DNA of 64,000 nt from Eledone cirrhosa (lineage: Eukaryota), in the NCBI GenBank assembly GCA_964016885.1, contig OZ024743.1, positions 148,180,001-148,244,000 on the forward strand. Reading direction: 5' to 3'. The notes beneath the pieces are model-generated. The model was not told the DNA's origin. It saw only the letters and a list, made by a program, of their open reading frames with translations, and made no database searches. The translations under genes and the position numbers were made by a program. Below are positions 27,861 to 40,191 of the stretch, in pieces. Numbering within the stretch: the first letter of the stretch is position 1; the number at the start of each line of letters is the position of its first letter.

Positions 27861-28464
27861 GAGACGGCATGATTCATATCCCCGGTTCCTCCACCATTGC
27901 GTATTCTCAACATCATTGTACCTCACATCTTCCTGATAAACCCCACTACAACAATCACAGCACTATAGTAACTGTTCTTCCCGCTCGCCTATCACACTCT
28001 GGTCTCTTTCACAACACCCAACAAACTTGTCATGCACTATTGACACCTAATTTATCGATCTCTCTCCCCTTCTCATCTACTGACACTCATGAAATTTACT
28101 TATCTTGTTTGTATCCATCCTACCCCACATAGAATAGGAATGGTTGTTTAGATGAGTCAATGAACGACAACCACACTATGGCTTGCGCCATAATATAATT
28201 TACCAAGTACCCTCTCTAAAAACTTTAGGGGACAAAAATGGTCCCCAACCATAGATAACGTGCCAAACAAAATGTCGAGAAGAATCCTTTGATTGTGCAA
28301 AACGCAAAACTGTATGGCTGGTGGTGGTGCGATGAGAAAATTAACCTAGTGCACTCTAAAGAGTGCAGGCACGTTTGTAAGGTCAGTAGCTCCAATTATT
28401 AGGCTCTATAATCACACATCCACATTTAGCTGGCAGAGAAAACGGACATGAAATGTTAAAGGTG

Positions 28465-28509
<45 letters not shown>

Positions 28510-28514
<5 letters not shown>

Positions 28515-28718
28515 ATAATAAATGTGAAGACTAAAATCCAAAGAGGGATCGATAAGGAGATAAATATATATCAAATATATAAGAACCCTAGAGCAAATAT
28601 TTATTACAATAACAGATTGAAGTTTAAGCAAAGAATTGCTACTTTCACCCTTTAACGAGATCTTCTTAAGGGCGAAAGCAGCGATTCTCCGCTTAAACTT
28701 TAATCAGTTATTTTAATA
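28510..28718 (-). mobile_element. Family E PLE 3'-end fragment with 5' inversion
   Basis: Reverse complement of 38880-39030; 28667-28718 inverts ~28603-28655. Confidence 0.75.
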
Positions 28719-29618
28719 TATATATATATATATATTTATATATATGTGTGTGTGTGTTTTTATGTGTGCGTGTATTTTTTTTATGTGTGTGTTAGTGTGC
28801 GTGTGTTTGTGTGTGTATGTACAGGGTCAATGAAAAGAACCCGGTCTCACTCATCTATTGTATCATTGTGTGTTCATTTTCTAACAGATCAACTTTAAAT
28901 TTCAGGTCATGGCAGATACAAATTCAAATATACAAAACTGAGTTAAGACCTTTGAGACCTACTGTACAGCGAAGAACCTCAATGCAATGGACTATCCACT
29001 CTGCACGACCCAGAAAAACGTACAAATGACGTTGTTGACACGGTCCGAGAGTCTGAAACACTTCCGTAAGGTCTATAATAAGAATATTGTTAAAATTAAT
29101 TTATAACCACTCTGCTCATATTACAAATTTCTCGAAATATAGCATAAATAAGGACAACTATTCTCTAGTGGGGCAATACTTATCTAGTGTATATATATGT
29201 AAGGTTAGTTAATACCCATTCTACTTACAAGGCGAGTATATGGTTAACAGCCAATATATTCAAGCTAAGATATCAAATGCACAACCATTCCTTTCAATAT
29301 CCAATTGGAAGTAATTTCACTTCCCTTTCAGCCCATATGTAAAACTTAAAAGATATGGACATTCGATATGTTTTATGTGAAGGAGGTTATTTTGAACAAA
29401 ATTTCAGTGATGATTCAGTCATATAAGCATAGGATATACAAAACAGTTTCATATTTCAGTCTAACCTTGTACGCAAACAGACGTTATTGATCTACGCACT
29501 AGGAGGAAGCAGATGGAGTAGGTTTAGACGCGTTGATTAATGAACTATTATAATTTGAGACTGTAATTCTAACTCCAGAAGTATTATGAATCATACAATT
29601 ATACAGTTGAAACACATT

Positions 29619-29674
<56 letters not shown>

Positions 29675-29694
29675 CAAACGAATGCATATGTGCG

Positions 29695-29746
<52 letters not shown>

Positions 29747-29804
29747 CATATATATACATACACATATATATATACATATATATACATACATATATATATA
29801 TACA

Positions 29805-29853
<49 letters not shown>

Positions 29854-29989
29854 TACTTGGGGAGGGTCATATTTGTGTAATAATATTGCCAAATTAATAA
29901 CAGAACACACTCACTGTTTGGTTGGTTTTCGCTTCTGTATCTTTTATATCAGTTAATTTATTCGGTCCTCAATGTTACCATAGCACATG

Positions 29990-31090
29990 TTACCATTGCA
30001 CATCTGCAACATCGTCAGTGGTGCTATTATGTTTCCTCTTGTTGTATTGTATGTCTACGCCATCTTTATTTAATCTGTTTATTTATTTATTTATTTTTGT
30101 CTTCTCTGCGCATGCGTTTGCGTGTGTGTATAGTGTTTGGTGCGTGTTCGTGTTTGGGTGACTGTGTTTTGGTTATTGTATTCTATCTTAGTTTACTAGT
30201 GTGTGTTTATATGTTTGCTGTTATTGTGCTTATGTATGTATTTATTTGTTTATTTATACTTCTCTTAGGTCAGTATTGTTTGTTTGGGTGTTGTTATTAT
30301 TCCATTCATTTTTTCTGTTTAGCTTTTGCCTTCTAAGTTCTATTTCGCTGGCCTCTCTGATTTGCCTATCTGCTAGGTCATTTCTATGTTTAGATATTAT
30401 TCTAATTTCTATGTTGTCTATGTTACCTTTGTGTTGTTGTCTGGCATGTTCGTATAGTACTGAACCGTTTTTTCGTATTTTTAGTTCTCCCCAGTGTTGG
30501 TCAATCCTTTCACCTATACTACGAGCTGTCTCGCCTATGTATGTTGTTGTCATGTTTCTGCAAGTACCCTCTGTACATCTTATGCTATAGACTACGTTTC
30601 TAGTTTTACAGTTTATCCGGGGGTTTACTTTAGATATAATACGTTTCCTATTAGTACAGTAGGTTTTCTTAAAAGGGTAGGTTTTGCTGATCAGGGATTT
30701 TATGGTGGTTCCTGGCTTTTCTACCACCTTAATCTTTAAGTTGGTCTTTCTCAGGGCCTTTCTACACTGGTTAGCTAATTTCCCTCCAGGGGTAGCGTCC
30801 ACGAACATGACACTCTGGTATCTCTGGTTGTCGTACCATGAGCTGGCTTTCCCTATCTTATGCTTAATTCTATCTAAGCTATCCCATGATTTTCTCCTGT
30901 ATAATGGGCAAATTCCTTTCATGTCCAGTTCTATGAGGGTCTTATACTTCTCCATGGCTCCTTCGTATACCCTGATTCTGTCTCTTTGGTTGTAGCCAGA
31001 GAACTGCATACGGTTGATGAAGTGTTGGATGTGTCTTTCCATTTCTGTTGGGTCGTACATGCGGGACATGTTCTTCATCACTCGTACCAA
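29990..31090 (-). mobile_element. 5'-truncated Penelope-like element; ORF 30254-31090 = RT thumb, linker and GIY-YIG endonuclease
   Basis: MQFSGY, VMFVDATPGGKL, IKVVEKPG, NVVYSIRC..YIGETARSIGERIDQH..SVLYEH..RQIREA..LNRKNEW. Confidence 0.88.
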
Positions 31091-31685
31091 GTCTGCGGAT
31101 AAGAATGACTCACTTGTAGTGTTAAATGGTTTTTTGATTTAATTTTATAATATTATAATATTAGGAGTTGGTAGATCTAGTAAGTTCTTTGTTAACTTCG
31201 TTGGGATGAACTTTAAAGATTCCTGGTTAACTTGGGTTGGAGAACTTTCTCGCATTCGTCTGTGCTGATTGTCAAACTGAAATCATGTTGTGTTAAAATG
31301 TGTGACTATATATAAGAGAGATTTGGATGTTCTGGGGTGTGGTGTTAATGAGTGTTGATGATGATGAAGGTCCGGAGTAATTAAAGCATACATACATACA
31401 CACACACGTACATACACACACACATATACACACATATATATATACACTCAGAAAGTGGTGAGGTTGCAAGATAAGGGTGTTTGAGAACATTTATCAAAGA
31501 TGTGTTGTTGATATTGGTTTGGCAGAAGAAGTGTGGGGGGACATACTGGCTCACATATTCACTTCACTATATGTAAATATATCTACAGTCCATATATATT
31601 ACATACAAACACATACACAGATACATATATATATATACATATACATACACACACAAAAAAAACACATATATATATATATATATAT

Positions 31686-32297
31686 ATGGTGGCTGCCAAC
31701 TCGTTTTCGAGTACGGCCACTACTTTATATCCATGTAGGAGAACCCCTACCGATGCGCTGAACGAGTGTGACTTTTTAGTCCAGCCAGCGACTTGAAAAC
31801 TCTGGTACAAACACTACACTTGTGACAATTACAGACACATAGTGCTGGGCCCATGGTACCATGTGACGACAAGTGCAGAGAGATCTCCAGATATAAAGCA
31901 ATGCCTGTGCCGTGAAGCTTTTATAGTGAGCAAAGGCACTGCACAAAGCCAGTCCCACTCTCTTAACCAAGATGATATTTACCAAAAAGAAGAACAAGTC
32001 AACATCATTGGATACCATCAGGGTTGCAGGTGTTATATCAGAGTTTTCCTTCTCCTAGAATTCTGCCTTGACAAAGGCTAAGGGGTCATCTCTCCCGGTG
32101 ATTTTGGATGGCCATTGACTCTTAAGAGCTCCTTTGCCCTTTGACAGGTTTTGTTTTTAGTCCTGCAGGATGTCCAAAGTCACCCTCCTCACCAAGAAAC
32201 CTTGGTGGGGTTGCCAGTTTAGTCGCCAACGACCCGACCATGGGACAGGTTGTACTGGGATACATGTTACCAGTAGCACCAACTGGTGACCTGACAT
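31686..32297 (-). mobile_element. Non-autonomous RTE-related repeat (5' UTR-like head plus tail)
   Basis: ttttccttctcctag..gacaaaggcta motif and tggctgcc end shared with 53372-53720 and 1-177. Confidence 0.55.
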
Positions 32298-32851
32298 AAT
32301 ATATATATATATATATATACATACATACACATACACACACTATGTATATATATATATACACATATATACCATATATATACACTATACACATATATACATT
32401 TATATGCATATATATATACACTATGCACATATATACATATTATAAAAACACACATATATATATTTTATATATATATATATATATACACACATATATATAT
32501 CTTATACACACATACACATACACACTATACATACATATATATTATACATATCTTGTACATACACATATATATATATCATATACACATATATAGATATATT
32601 ACATACATACATATATATATTTTATACATACACACATATACCCTCTCCCAACCTCTTTATCATCTATTGCACCATTTAAGTGATACATTTTTGGTGTGAT
32701 TTTTAAAGACATTTTATGACATTATGTGCATCATGTATTCTGTGTTTTTCCATATAACGCTGGCTTCGGGACTCCCCTGCTGGTCCTTTAATCTTGTTTC
32801 GGTGACGCAGATCGATGGAGCAATCAACTATTGATATACTCTTGTTTATAG

Positions 32852-32896
32852 GCTCTGATGATTCCTGCCATGGGGTATGGATGAAACACTGTTAGC
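32852..32896 (+). ncRNA. Minimal hammerhead ribozyme
   Basis: gct-CTGATGA-ttcc..ggat-GAAA-cactg-TT-agc followed by aataaa; same layout as 10615. Confidence 0.7.
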
Positions 32897-32956
32897 TAAT
32901 AAAACAATGTATTTCTAAGCACTCTTTGGTTATTCCTATAACTATATATATATACA

Positions 32957-33084
32957 CATTTCTGAAGACAGCATGTATATGTGAAGGTGTGTATATTTTC
33001 TCTGATAATTTGTAATATTTTTACATAGATCTATATGATATACATACCAACACACATATACATCGTAGAAACGATCGTAAAATG
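32957..33084 (+). ncRNA. Type I hammerhead ribozyme with ~100-nt stem II
   Basis: cattt-CTGAAGA-..atgtatatgtg aa ggtgtgtatat..atatacatacc aaca cacatatacat..-GAAA-cgatcg-TA-aaatg. Confidence 0.75.
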
Positions 33085-33114
33085 ATGAATTTTTTAATAT
33101 AAGGAACTAGTTCT

Positions 33115-33315
33115 TTATTTCATTATTTTTATTAATTTATTATTTTTATTAATTTTATTTTTATTAATTCATTATTTTTATTAATTTATATATACACATA
33201 TTCATTATTTTTATTAATTTATATATACACATATTCATTATTTTTATTAATTTATTATTTTTATTAATTTTATTTTTATTAATTCATTATTTTTATTAAT
33301 TTATATATACACATA
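33115..33315. repeat. AT-rich minisatellite (attcattatttttattaattt units)
   Basis: Visible tandem repetition. Confidence 0.8.
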
Positions 33316-33549
33316 TCTATCTCGCATATATGCACGTGCACACATATATATACACACACACATATGCACAAATACATATACACAGACATATGCATACATA
33401 CATATACACACACACATATGCATACATACATATACACACAATCACATATGCACACACACATAAACTTGTATACATATATCTGTATACCTGCAGACACATA
33501 CATAAAAAACACATCTATACATACATCTAGTCAAGTGTTTAAGTTCATA

Positions 33550-35085
33550 TATACATTGGTGTGGGGAAGAGGAAATTAATGAAATGTTATTGTACCTCTG
33601 AGGGTTTTCCTTCTCTTCAGCGATCGAATGTTTGAAAGTACGGGTGTCATCAACTATTTTTCTTTTTCAATATGAGATCTTTTTAAAGAAAAGAGAGGGT
33701 GAGAATCCCGTTGCTTGAAGATGGAATATCACGTTTTTGTGTTCAGTAGTAGTTTGTATTTTCTAATAAAGAGTTCTTCTGTATATTTTCGGAAGTGTTC
33801 GTTGTCCGACCATATCTTAAAGAAGGGGAAAACTGTGAAATTTCACTTCCGCATGTTGCGAAGTGTTTACTGGATGTGGTGTTTCTGACAGAGGGGTCTT
33901 TAATTTGTTGTTTATGTACTCGTACTCTATCATGTAGACCCGTTCCGGTTTCACCAATGTAGTATTCTTTACATTGTGGGTAGGTTGCACAGTAAATCAA
34001 GTTTTTTGTTTTGCAATTCATGTTTGCATTAACTGTGAAAGACTGGTTGTTTTTAAAGGAGATTTGTCCACCCTCTCTCTTCAATGAGTTCGCAAGTTCC
34101 GCATCGAGGGTCCCCGCATTTCTTAACTTGCATTGCTTCATTATTCGACGTAAATTTTGCCTTGGTAACCAGTTTCTTAGGTTGGGTGCTTGGCGTCTAC
34201 TATATATAATTTGTGCGTCTTTTATGAATGCATACATTTTAGGGGACTGCTGGAGAATCGAGAGATATTGTTTGGCGGCTTTTACAATGTTGAAGTTCCT
34301 TGGATTGTGAGTAATGACAAAAGGGATAACTGTTTTTTCCATTCTATGTTGTTGCTTTGTTTTTCTCAGTGTTGTCACTGGGATGTTCTGAGATTTGGAG
34401 ATGGCTGTGTTGATGAGGTTCAGCGGATATTCTTGTCTCTTAAGGAACTCTTTTAATTCATATAATCTTTTTTCCTGTAGGGTGGGGTGTGTTACTATGG
34501 TGCACATTCGTCTTGCCATGTTAAAAGGAATGTTTCTTTTGGTATGTGATGGGTGTGCTGAACGGAAATTCAAGTATTGGTGTGTATCTGTTGGTTTGTA
34601 AAATAAGTCCTTTTTGATATTTTCCCCTTCCTTAATGACAAGAATATCCAGAAACGGTAGTTCCTTTTTATTACATTCCATGGTAAATTTTATTTCTTCG
34701 TGAAGATTGTTTATGATGGAATGGAATCTTTACAGGTCTTCTTGGCTTCTTTCCCAGAAGATGAAGCACTCGTCTAGGTATCGTTTCCAGTTGTGATTAA
34801 TGAAGTTGGCGAAGTCATGACTGAACGTTTCCTGCAGTTTGGTATGTAATTTTGCCTCCAGGTGGCCCATAACGAGTGTTGCATATGTTGGGGCCACTTT
34901 GGTACCCATGGCCATTCCTTTTATTTGTAAATATATATCGTTATCAAAAAGGAAGTGGTTGTTCTCCAGTACTAGTTTAAGTCCTTCCAAAATAATTTTT
35001 TGGGGGAATCTCTCTGAAATGTAATCTGGATGTTTTGTAATCCAGAAGTCAACAGCTTCAACTCCTAAGTCGTCTGGGATATTAG
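33550..35085 (-). mobile_element. 5'-truncated Penelope-like element (Neptune-like): RT and GIY-YIG, frameshifted
   Basis: YLQIKGMAMGTKVAPTYA, WKRYLDECF, LPFLDILV, FYKPTDTHQYLNFRSAHP, NLIYCAT..YYIGET..RVRVH. Confidence 0.92.
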
Positions 35086-35094
35086 TATATATAT

Positions 35095-35150
<56 letters not shown>

Positions 35151-35153
<3 letters not shown>

Positions 35154-35195
35154 CTGATGACCCTGTGGATACACAAGTGAATCTTCAGAGTAACA
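35151..35195 (+). ncRNA. Degenerate hammerhead ribozyme
   Basis: tgt-CTGATGA-ccctgtg gata cacaagt-GAAT-cttcagag-TA-aca. Confidence 0.5.
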
Positions 35196-35767
35196 GGACT
35201 CAATACTTAGCCATAATAAATCATATTTAAACTCTACTCCGGTATTGAGTTCTCATTCGCATGTCCGTCAGCATCTCACAGGTGTATATATGTATGTGTA
35301 TTTGTTGGTGTGGTATTGCGTGTATAGAAAAAATTGCTAGGAAGTTCAAAAGCGCCGCAGACATCGACCGTTGAAACGGACATAAACAATTACGCCCTTA
35401 CCGACAGAACTGCTGGTCCATTCGGGGTCACAGTTTCTAACAAGGTAGAAATCTACGCAGAACTTACGGGAAATTTTATGTCGAGTTCTTAATATCTATT
35501 CAAGTCGAAAAGGTGTACGAAGCGGTTCAGTTAGATCTATGGAAACAAAAACAAACACACAGTAACTGAGAGGAAAACTGGACGTAATCAAAACACCGAA
35601 ACGGAAAGAAAAAAAATTCAAGTGATGAGAGGCGAATCGTTTTGCGGTAAATATATGAAAATGTATCAACAGAAGCGAGAGTCGCGTGAGTCACAGATAA
35701 TATCCCCAAAGTACTAACACGTTGCAAACCTCCACATATTTCCTTGAGTTTACATATGTGCCTTGTG

Positions 35768-35832
<65 letters not shown>

Positions 35833-35863
35833 AGAAATTAAAAGATGGTTAAAAAAGTTCCAT

Positions 35864-35935
35864 ATATTTTATTATGCGCATTTCGAAAACAACATCATCC
35901 TGGGACAAAGATTGTGTTCTCATCAGATAAAATAT
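35864..35935 (-). ncRNA. Type I hammerhead ribozyme
   Basis: Minus strand atattttat-CTGATGA-gaacacaatc..gatgttgttttc-GAAA-tgcgca-TA-ataaaatat; its 3' part recurs on + at ~14008-14058. Confidence 0.85.
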
Positions 35936-36902
35936 GGTAACATGATATGAGGCATAATACCACTTGTTTACAGGAAAGTGCTAAGTCTACATATGACAGA
36001 AATTTAAGAGTAAGAAAAAGATAGGAAAATAGAAGAAAAGGAAAGAAGAAGGAGAAAAAGGAAAAAGAAAGAGTAGAGAGGAAAAAAGGAAAAAGGAAAG
36101 AAAGAAGAGAGGGAATGAGAAAATGAGAGAGAGAGAGACTTTTCATCAGGAACGCTGTCAAAATGAAACAAGCTGTAAATAACGGTTAAAAAGTAAATTG
36201 ATGAGGTGTATGTGCGAATATTATAGAAGGTATTCAAATATTAGAGGTCTACAATATAGAAACTGGGTATATTATTTTATATTGGTTTTAAATATAAAAA
36301 ATTGGATTAAGAAGTGTAAAAATGTATTAATAAAATAAATAAAATTAACCGACTTGGTTGGAATTTTCATCGTGAACTCTTTAAACCGGAAAATTCCTCA
36401 ACTTCGCGGTGGAATTTATCGTGTCTCTAATTGTAACAAAGTAAACGTTAATATTATTAAGAAAAATATACTTGATCTATTTAAGCATCTTAACTTAAAA
36501 ATTGAAATCGAGAATAATGATAAATTAGCAAATTTCCTTGATATATCCCTTAATCTAGATACCCGCCTATATTACCCATATCATAAGGATAATGAGAACT
36601 TAAATTACGTTAACTTTAAATCTAACCACCCTAATAATGTTAAAACTGCTATAGTCAGAAGTGTAGAAAAAAGAATCTCTAATTCATCCTCTAATATAGA
36701 TATCTTCGAAGCTAATGCCAACTATTATAATAATGCGCTATCTAGGGCTGGATATCCAGACAAAATTAGGTATACTAAGGAAACTAATCTTGACAGAGCT
36801 TATAGTAACTATAGTAATGTAGCTAGTAATAATTATACCACTAACAGTAATGTAGCTAGTAATAATGATACTACTAACAGGAGAATAAAATATATATGGT
36901 AT

Positions 36903-37352
36903 TAGTATTGGTGCTCTGAAATAGCGATGTATACATGAATGTATTATAGTACATTTGGCCAATGTACCGAATGTTTAATTAAAAACATTTAAAAGACCAT
37001 ACGCTATCAGTTTTAAAGTATTGATTATGTCACTTACTTCTTTTCGGCTAAAGAAGGGAGAGAAGCTGACAGCCTGTTTCCCGCTGGTTGGCGTTCATCA
37101 GGGCCATGTACCCCCCCCCCCTGCTTCCGCCGAAAATTATAGAAGCTGGATTCCTATAGAATACCAGTAATAATCAGGAGCTGATTATACAGAGCGATGG
37201 CCGGTCCAACAAAAATTAGGTATTAGGAGTGGTGCTCTGAAATAGCGATGTAAACATGAATGCATGTATAGTATATATGTCTTCTAAATGTTTTTAATTA
37301 AACATACGATATATTGCCAAATATACTATACATGCATTCATGTATACATCGC
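36903..37352 (-). mobile_element. Retrozyme-like element C (~321-nt unit, ~1.3 copies, 5' inversion) inserted in the PLE
   Basis: gtgctctgaaatagcgatg at 36911 and 37232; 37320-37352 inverts 37244-37276. Confidence 0.7.
37064..37105 (-). ncRNA. Type I hammerhead ribozyme (element C)
   Basis: Minus strand ggcc-CTGATGA-acgc caacca gcgg-GAAA-cag g ctg-TC-agct. Confidence 0.75.
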
Positions 37353-37492
37353 TGGAGTCCAGAAATAGCCGTCGAAACGGTTTGAGCTCTGCCATCGGGG
37401 TCTTGAACATTTTCCTATTACCCACTCTACTACCCTAAGTATTGAGAACTCTGGTTCGTTATGGTCCATCTGGTTCTTTACCACACTTCATT
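37351..37492 (+). mobile_element. Family D short repeat (3' half of an HHR)
   Basis: Matches 13458-13589. Confidence 0.7.
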
Positions 37493-38871
37493 CGGCCCAT
37501 AACATCACTGCTTCAAATTTAGCTAAATTACCTAACCGTAGGAACACGTGCAACCCGGTAGCTGATACTAACTGTAATTGTATGAATCGGGTTGACTGCC
37601 CTCTATCCAGGAAATGCCTCTCCAGTAACATTGTCTACAAATGTAAGGTCGAAACACCCACGTCCCGTAGGGCCTAGATAGGCTTAAACACCAATAGATT
37701 CAAGCAGCGTCTTTACATGCGCACCCATTCTTTTCTTAACCATTTAAGAAGGAATATGACGTCACTTTCAGCTTATATCTGGAGTCTGAAAGACAACCAC
37801 ACCCAATATAGGTTACACTGGGAGATCCTAGCTAAAGTTAGATCGTATAACGGAAAAAAAGACCATGCGATTGTTGCGCCGCTGAAGCCCTGAAAATACT
37901 CTACGCCAAGACCACATCTTAAACAAAAAAATCTGAGGCAATTTCGGCTTGTAAACACAAATTGCATAAAACTTTCCTGTATTATACCCTAACGGATAGT
38001 ACGAACAATACGCGGATAATTTACGTCTTGATGTGGTAGCTAAGTATATTCTATATTATACCTTTAGTTATTTGTATAGGTAAGTATATCTTACTCGTAT
38101 ATTTTGTGAAGGTACGTATACTTTCTCGTACGTATATATGCCTGCATTTGTTATAGGTGTATATATTATATTATATATACTGGTATATATACTTGTTATA
38201 TGCATATGTGTATTTTGTGTTCGTGTATGTATGTGTGTATGCGTGTTTTCACGTATGTAAGGTGTATTTTGGTTGACGTACGTTTGGTGAACATATGTGT
38301 ATTTACCTGTAGGTATGGGTGGGCGTGCGCTATATAAGTATTTATGTGTGTATATTAATATACATTTATATAATTATATGTATATACACACACTATATAT
38401 ATATATATGTTATGTGTACTTGGTGTATACCTTCGTATGTCGCGCGGGTTTATGTATGTATGTGCGCGTTTATGTGTACGTGCATGTATATGCATGCATG
38501 GAGGGTGTTTTCGCGTATGCACGTGTATGTACGTATTTGGATGCGTGTATGTATATATTTAATTATTATTGATTGTATAACCTCTGTCATTTTCGTTCTA
38601 CTAATTTATCTACATTATTCTTAACTCTGAAACCGAGAATCATTCGGTTTCCTAAATAGAATATTAGTCTATGACTTCATTTATACCATAAACGTGGTTT
38701 TGTCTTTGCGTGTAATTGTCCTCATCGCTCCACATAACGACATATTATCTTCGCTTTTTTTCCGTTCATTGGCAGGGAACGTCTTCACGAGCCAAAGTAT
38801 CGTCTTACTGTTTTTATTCGGTTGTAATGTTTTCGAAATATTTACTTCTGCGTTCACAGAATTATTTTTTT

Positions 38872-38922
38872 AGTTTCAGAAGATCCCGTTAAGGGTGAAA
38901 GCAGCGATTCTTTGTTTAAACT
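38872..38922 (+). ncRNA. Hammerhead-like motif with CAGAAGA core in PLE 3' end
   Basis: agttt-CAGAAGA-tccc gttaa gggt-GAAA-gcag..ttgt-TT-aaact. Confidence 0.6.
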
Positions 38923-39374
38923 TTAATCTGTTATTTTAATAAATATTTTCTCTAGGGTTCTTATATATTTGATATATATTTATCCTTATCGAGCCTTCTC
39001 TGGATTTTAGTCTTCACATTTATTATTATTACTATATATATATATACAGCCGGATGGCTGGAACAGCTGAAAGAGTATAAATACATACCTATATATATAT
39101 ATGCATACGTATTGATAATGTACTCTTTCTTTCTCAGAGCTCCTTTCTGAATGCCTCTTTAATTATTAGACTATTCTCTTGTATTATCTGTTACATGTAT
39201 TCCACTCTGTGCTTTTAATTTTAATTTTGAATTATTGTACAATTCTCGTATAATATATGTTGCATCCATTTCACCCTGTAAATACGAAACTGTTGCTGAC
39301 AACATCAATATATATGTATCTATATTATTGTTCAGTTGAATAGGAGGTTAATTACATGTACAAACATTGTTAAT

Positions 39375-39419
39375 GCTCCGATGACTCCAAACGAGAGTTT
39401 GGAAGAAACGATTGTCAGC
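39375..39419 (+). ncRNA. Degenerate minimal hammerhead ribozyme
   Basis: gct-CCGATGA-ctccaaac gaga gtttggaa-GAAA-cgattg-TC-agc. Confidence 0.65.
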
Positions 39420-39602
39420 TATTAAATGATTTGAACACAACTCTGATAATTGTCTAATTTATTTATTTTCCTGCTCTGTAAAACAACCGATGTTCTTACA
39501 TTGAACTATTTCTCTTACTAGTAATAAGGTAGTAGGAAATTACTGACCTTTCCTGTTTATAGTTGATTATAGTATATACATAACTATAAATACTATTATT
39601 AT

Positions 39603-39674
<72 letters not shown>

Positions 39675-40042
39675 ATGTGTGTGTGTGTGTATTTGTGTTT
39701 GTGTGTTCGTGTGCATATGTATATGTATAATTACGAATATATGTATGTTTGCATGTGTTTATAAGTGCAGATATGAATGGACTGTTCGTAAATATGTTAG
39801 TGCATATAATAGGAGAAAGACAGAAATGTAGTATGTCTGAACTATAGGTTTGATAATTGAAGTGAAGTTTAGTAATTTTATTAGTAGTACATGCAATGAT
39901 TTATATATATATCCTTTATTCTCACACTTTATTTTTATTGAGTTGAATCATAATTATTGCGTTTGATTATTGCATGTTATTCATTTTTGGTTTGTTATTG
40001 TTGTTTTTGTTATTATTAATATTATTATTATTATTATTATTA

Positions 40043-40191
40043 GTTACGTCCCTGTACGATCTGAGTTCAAATCCCGCCGAGGTTGACTTTGAATTTCATC
40101 CTTACGAGGTCGATAAAATAAAGTACCAGTAATGCACTGGGTAATTGCTGGCCTTGTGCCTAAAGTAGAAACAATTATTATTATTATTATT
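40043..40191 (+). mobile_element. 5'-truncated SINE with (TTA)n tail
   Basis: SINE B-box, core and tail. Confidence 0.85.

Larger units (their letters stand above)
36354..39030 (+). mobile_element. Interrupted Penelope-like element (Naiad-like): RT end 36354-36905, GIY-YIG ~37550-37980, 3' UTR with HHR variant
   Basis: ANFLDISLNL..YYPYHKDN..YVNFKSNHP; CNC..CPLSRKCLSSNIVYKC..*IGLNTNRFKQR..LSAYIWSLK..W.IL..CDCCAAE..NKKSE.ISACKH. Confidence 0.85.

Noticed and set aside
33585-33625. HHR at the 3' end of the Neptune-like PLE
   Set aside because: CTGAAGA and GTA present on the minus strand, but stem II/III cannot be assigned unambiguously; only a remnant
37550-37980. Selenocysteine recoding as in some Naiad PLEs
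   Set aside because: Conserved Cys positions use TGC/TGT; the in-frame stop is TAG at the Tyr of YIG, i.e. decay
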